A stretch of DNA of 27,171 nt from a virus (lineage: Duplodnaviria; Caudoviricetes), in IMG/VR virus record IMGVR_UViG_3300012953_000179, positions 1 through 27,171 of that record, one strand, 5' to 3'. Position numbers and translations under genes: made by a program. Under the pieces are notes generated by a model. It had not been told where the DNA came from, made no database searches, and worked only from the letters and a program-made list of their open reading frames with translations. Shown in pieces: positions 26,768 to 27,171 of this stretch. The first letter of the stretch is position 1; each line of letters begins with the position of its first letter.

Positions 26768-27171
26768 ATGGCTATAGTTGGCTATGGAGGTAAAGTAACC
26801 TCATATGATCTTGCCGTTGGCGTTAAGATCAACATGGATGAACTCATTTACATGATTTCACCAACAGACTCTCCGTTTATCAACGGTATTGGAACTGATG
26901 GAAGGCAACTTCTTTCAAGCTCCAGCGTTGACCAACAAGAGTTCAAATGGATGGACGAAGAGCTATTGCTCCCTCGTTCAACCGTATCGGTACTTAACAG
27001 TACCTCTGGTGCAACACCTGTTAGCATCACCGTGGGTGCCACAGAATCTTACAAATTCCAAGTAGATGACCTCATCGTCTTGGGACAGGAAGCATCTGGT
27101 GGCGCTAATGAAAAGGCTGTAATGAGAATTACAGACCCAGATCATGGCACTGGTGTTATGCTAATTTCCGA
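26768..27171 (+). CDS. Major capsid protein, SU10/DUF5309-like (3' truncated by window; missing from ORF track)
   Basis: AAGGAG RBS at 26751-26756. Translation MAIVGYGGKVTSYDLAVGVKINMDELIYMISPTDSPFI...EFKWMDEELL matches the D.I..ISP..tPF...W..D.L N-arm/E-loop pattern. Confidence 0.8.
   Translation, partial: MAIVGYGGKVTSYDLAVGVKINMDELIYMISPTDSPFINGIGTDGRQLLSSSSVDQQEFKWMDEELLLPRSTVSVLNSTSGATPVSITVGATESYKFQVDDLIVLGQEASGGANEKAVMRITDPDHGTGVMLIS

Noticed and set aside
7916-27042. Numerous short minus-strand and alternative-frame ORFs
   Set aside because: They are antisense shadows of long + strand genes, with no motifs or RBS support.
1-27171. CRISPR arrays, tRNA/rRNA genes, IS elements, integrase
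   Set aside because: No regularly spaced repeats, cloverleaf-compatible gaps or transposase/recombinase motifs were seen. The window is almost fully coding.

Overview
This window is the late (morphogenesis) region of a tailed dsDNA phage of about 40% GC. All credible genes are on the + strand and most are translationally coupled by TAATG/ATGA overlaps. The order is: end of a Gly-rich fibre-type gene, three 2OG-Fe(II) oxygenases, three small virion-type genes, terminase large subunit with an N-terminal HTH, portal, a block of probable ejection/internal virion proteins (3709 aa giant, PG-binding protein, lytic transglycosylase, two more), a tiny basic peptide, r1t-type holin, two membrane proteins, an actinobacterial-type ferredoxin, a sigma-70 promoter with a structured ~180-nt leader, scaffold, FmdB-like zinc ribbon and the start of an SU10/DUF5309-type major capsid protein. 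The ferredoxin, holin and a leaderless promoter point to an actinobacterial host, probably Acidimicrobiia (inference). The stand-out system is the 3709-aa polyvalent virion protein. Its middle carries a YspA-like SLOG domain split by an ASCH-like insert, then an ASCH domain, an AlkB dioxygenase, a NADAR domain and a degenerate zincin, which together look like a nucleic-acid repair/counter-defence toolkit injected with the genome. A by-eye scan also found no CCWGG or GCWGC sites, suggesting restriction avoidance. All family calls come from motif recognition, not database searches.
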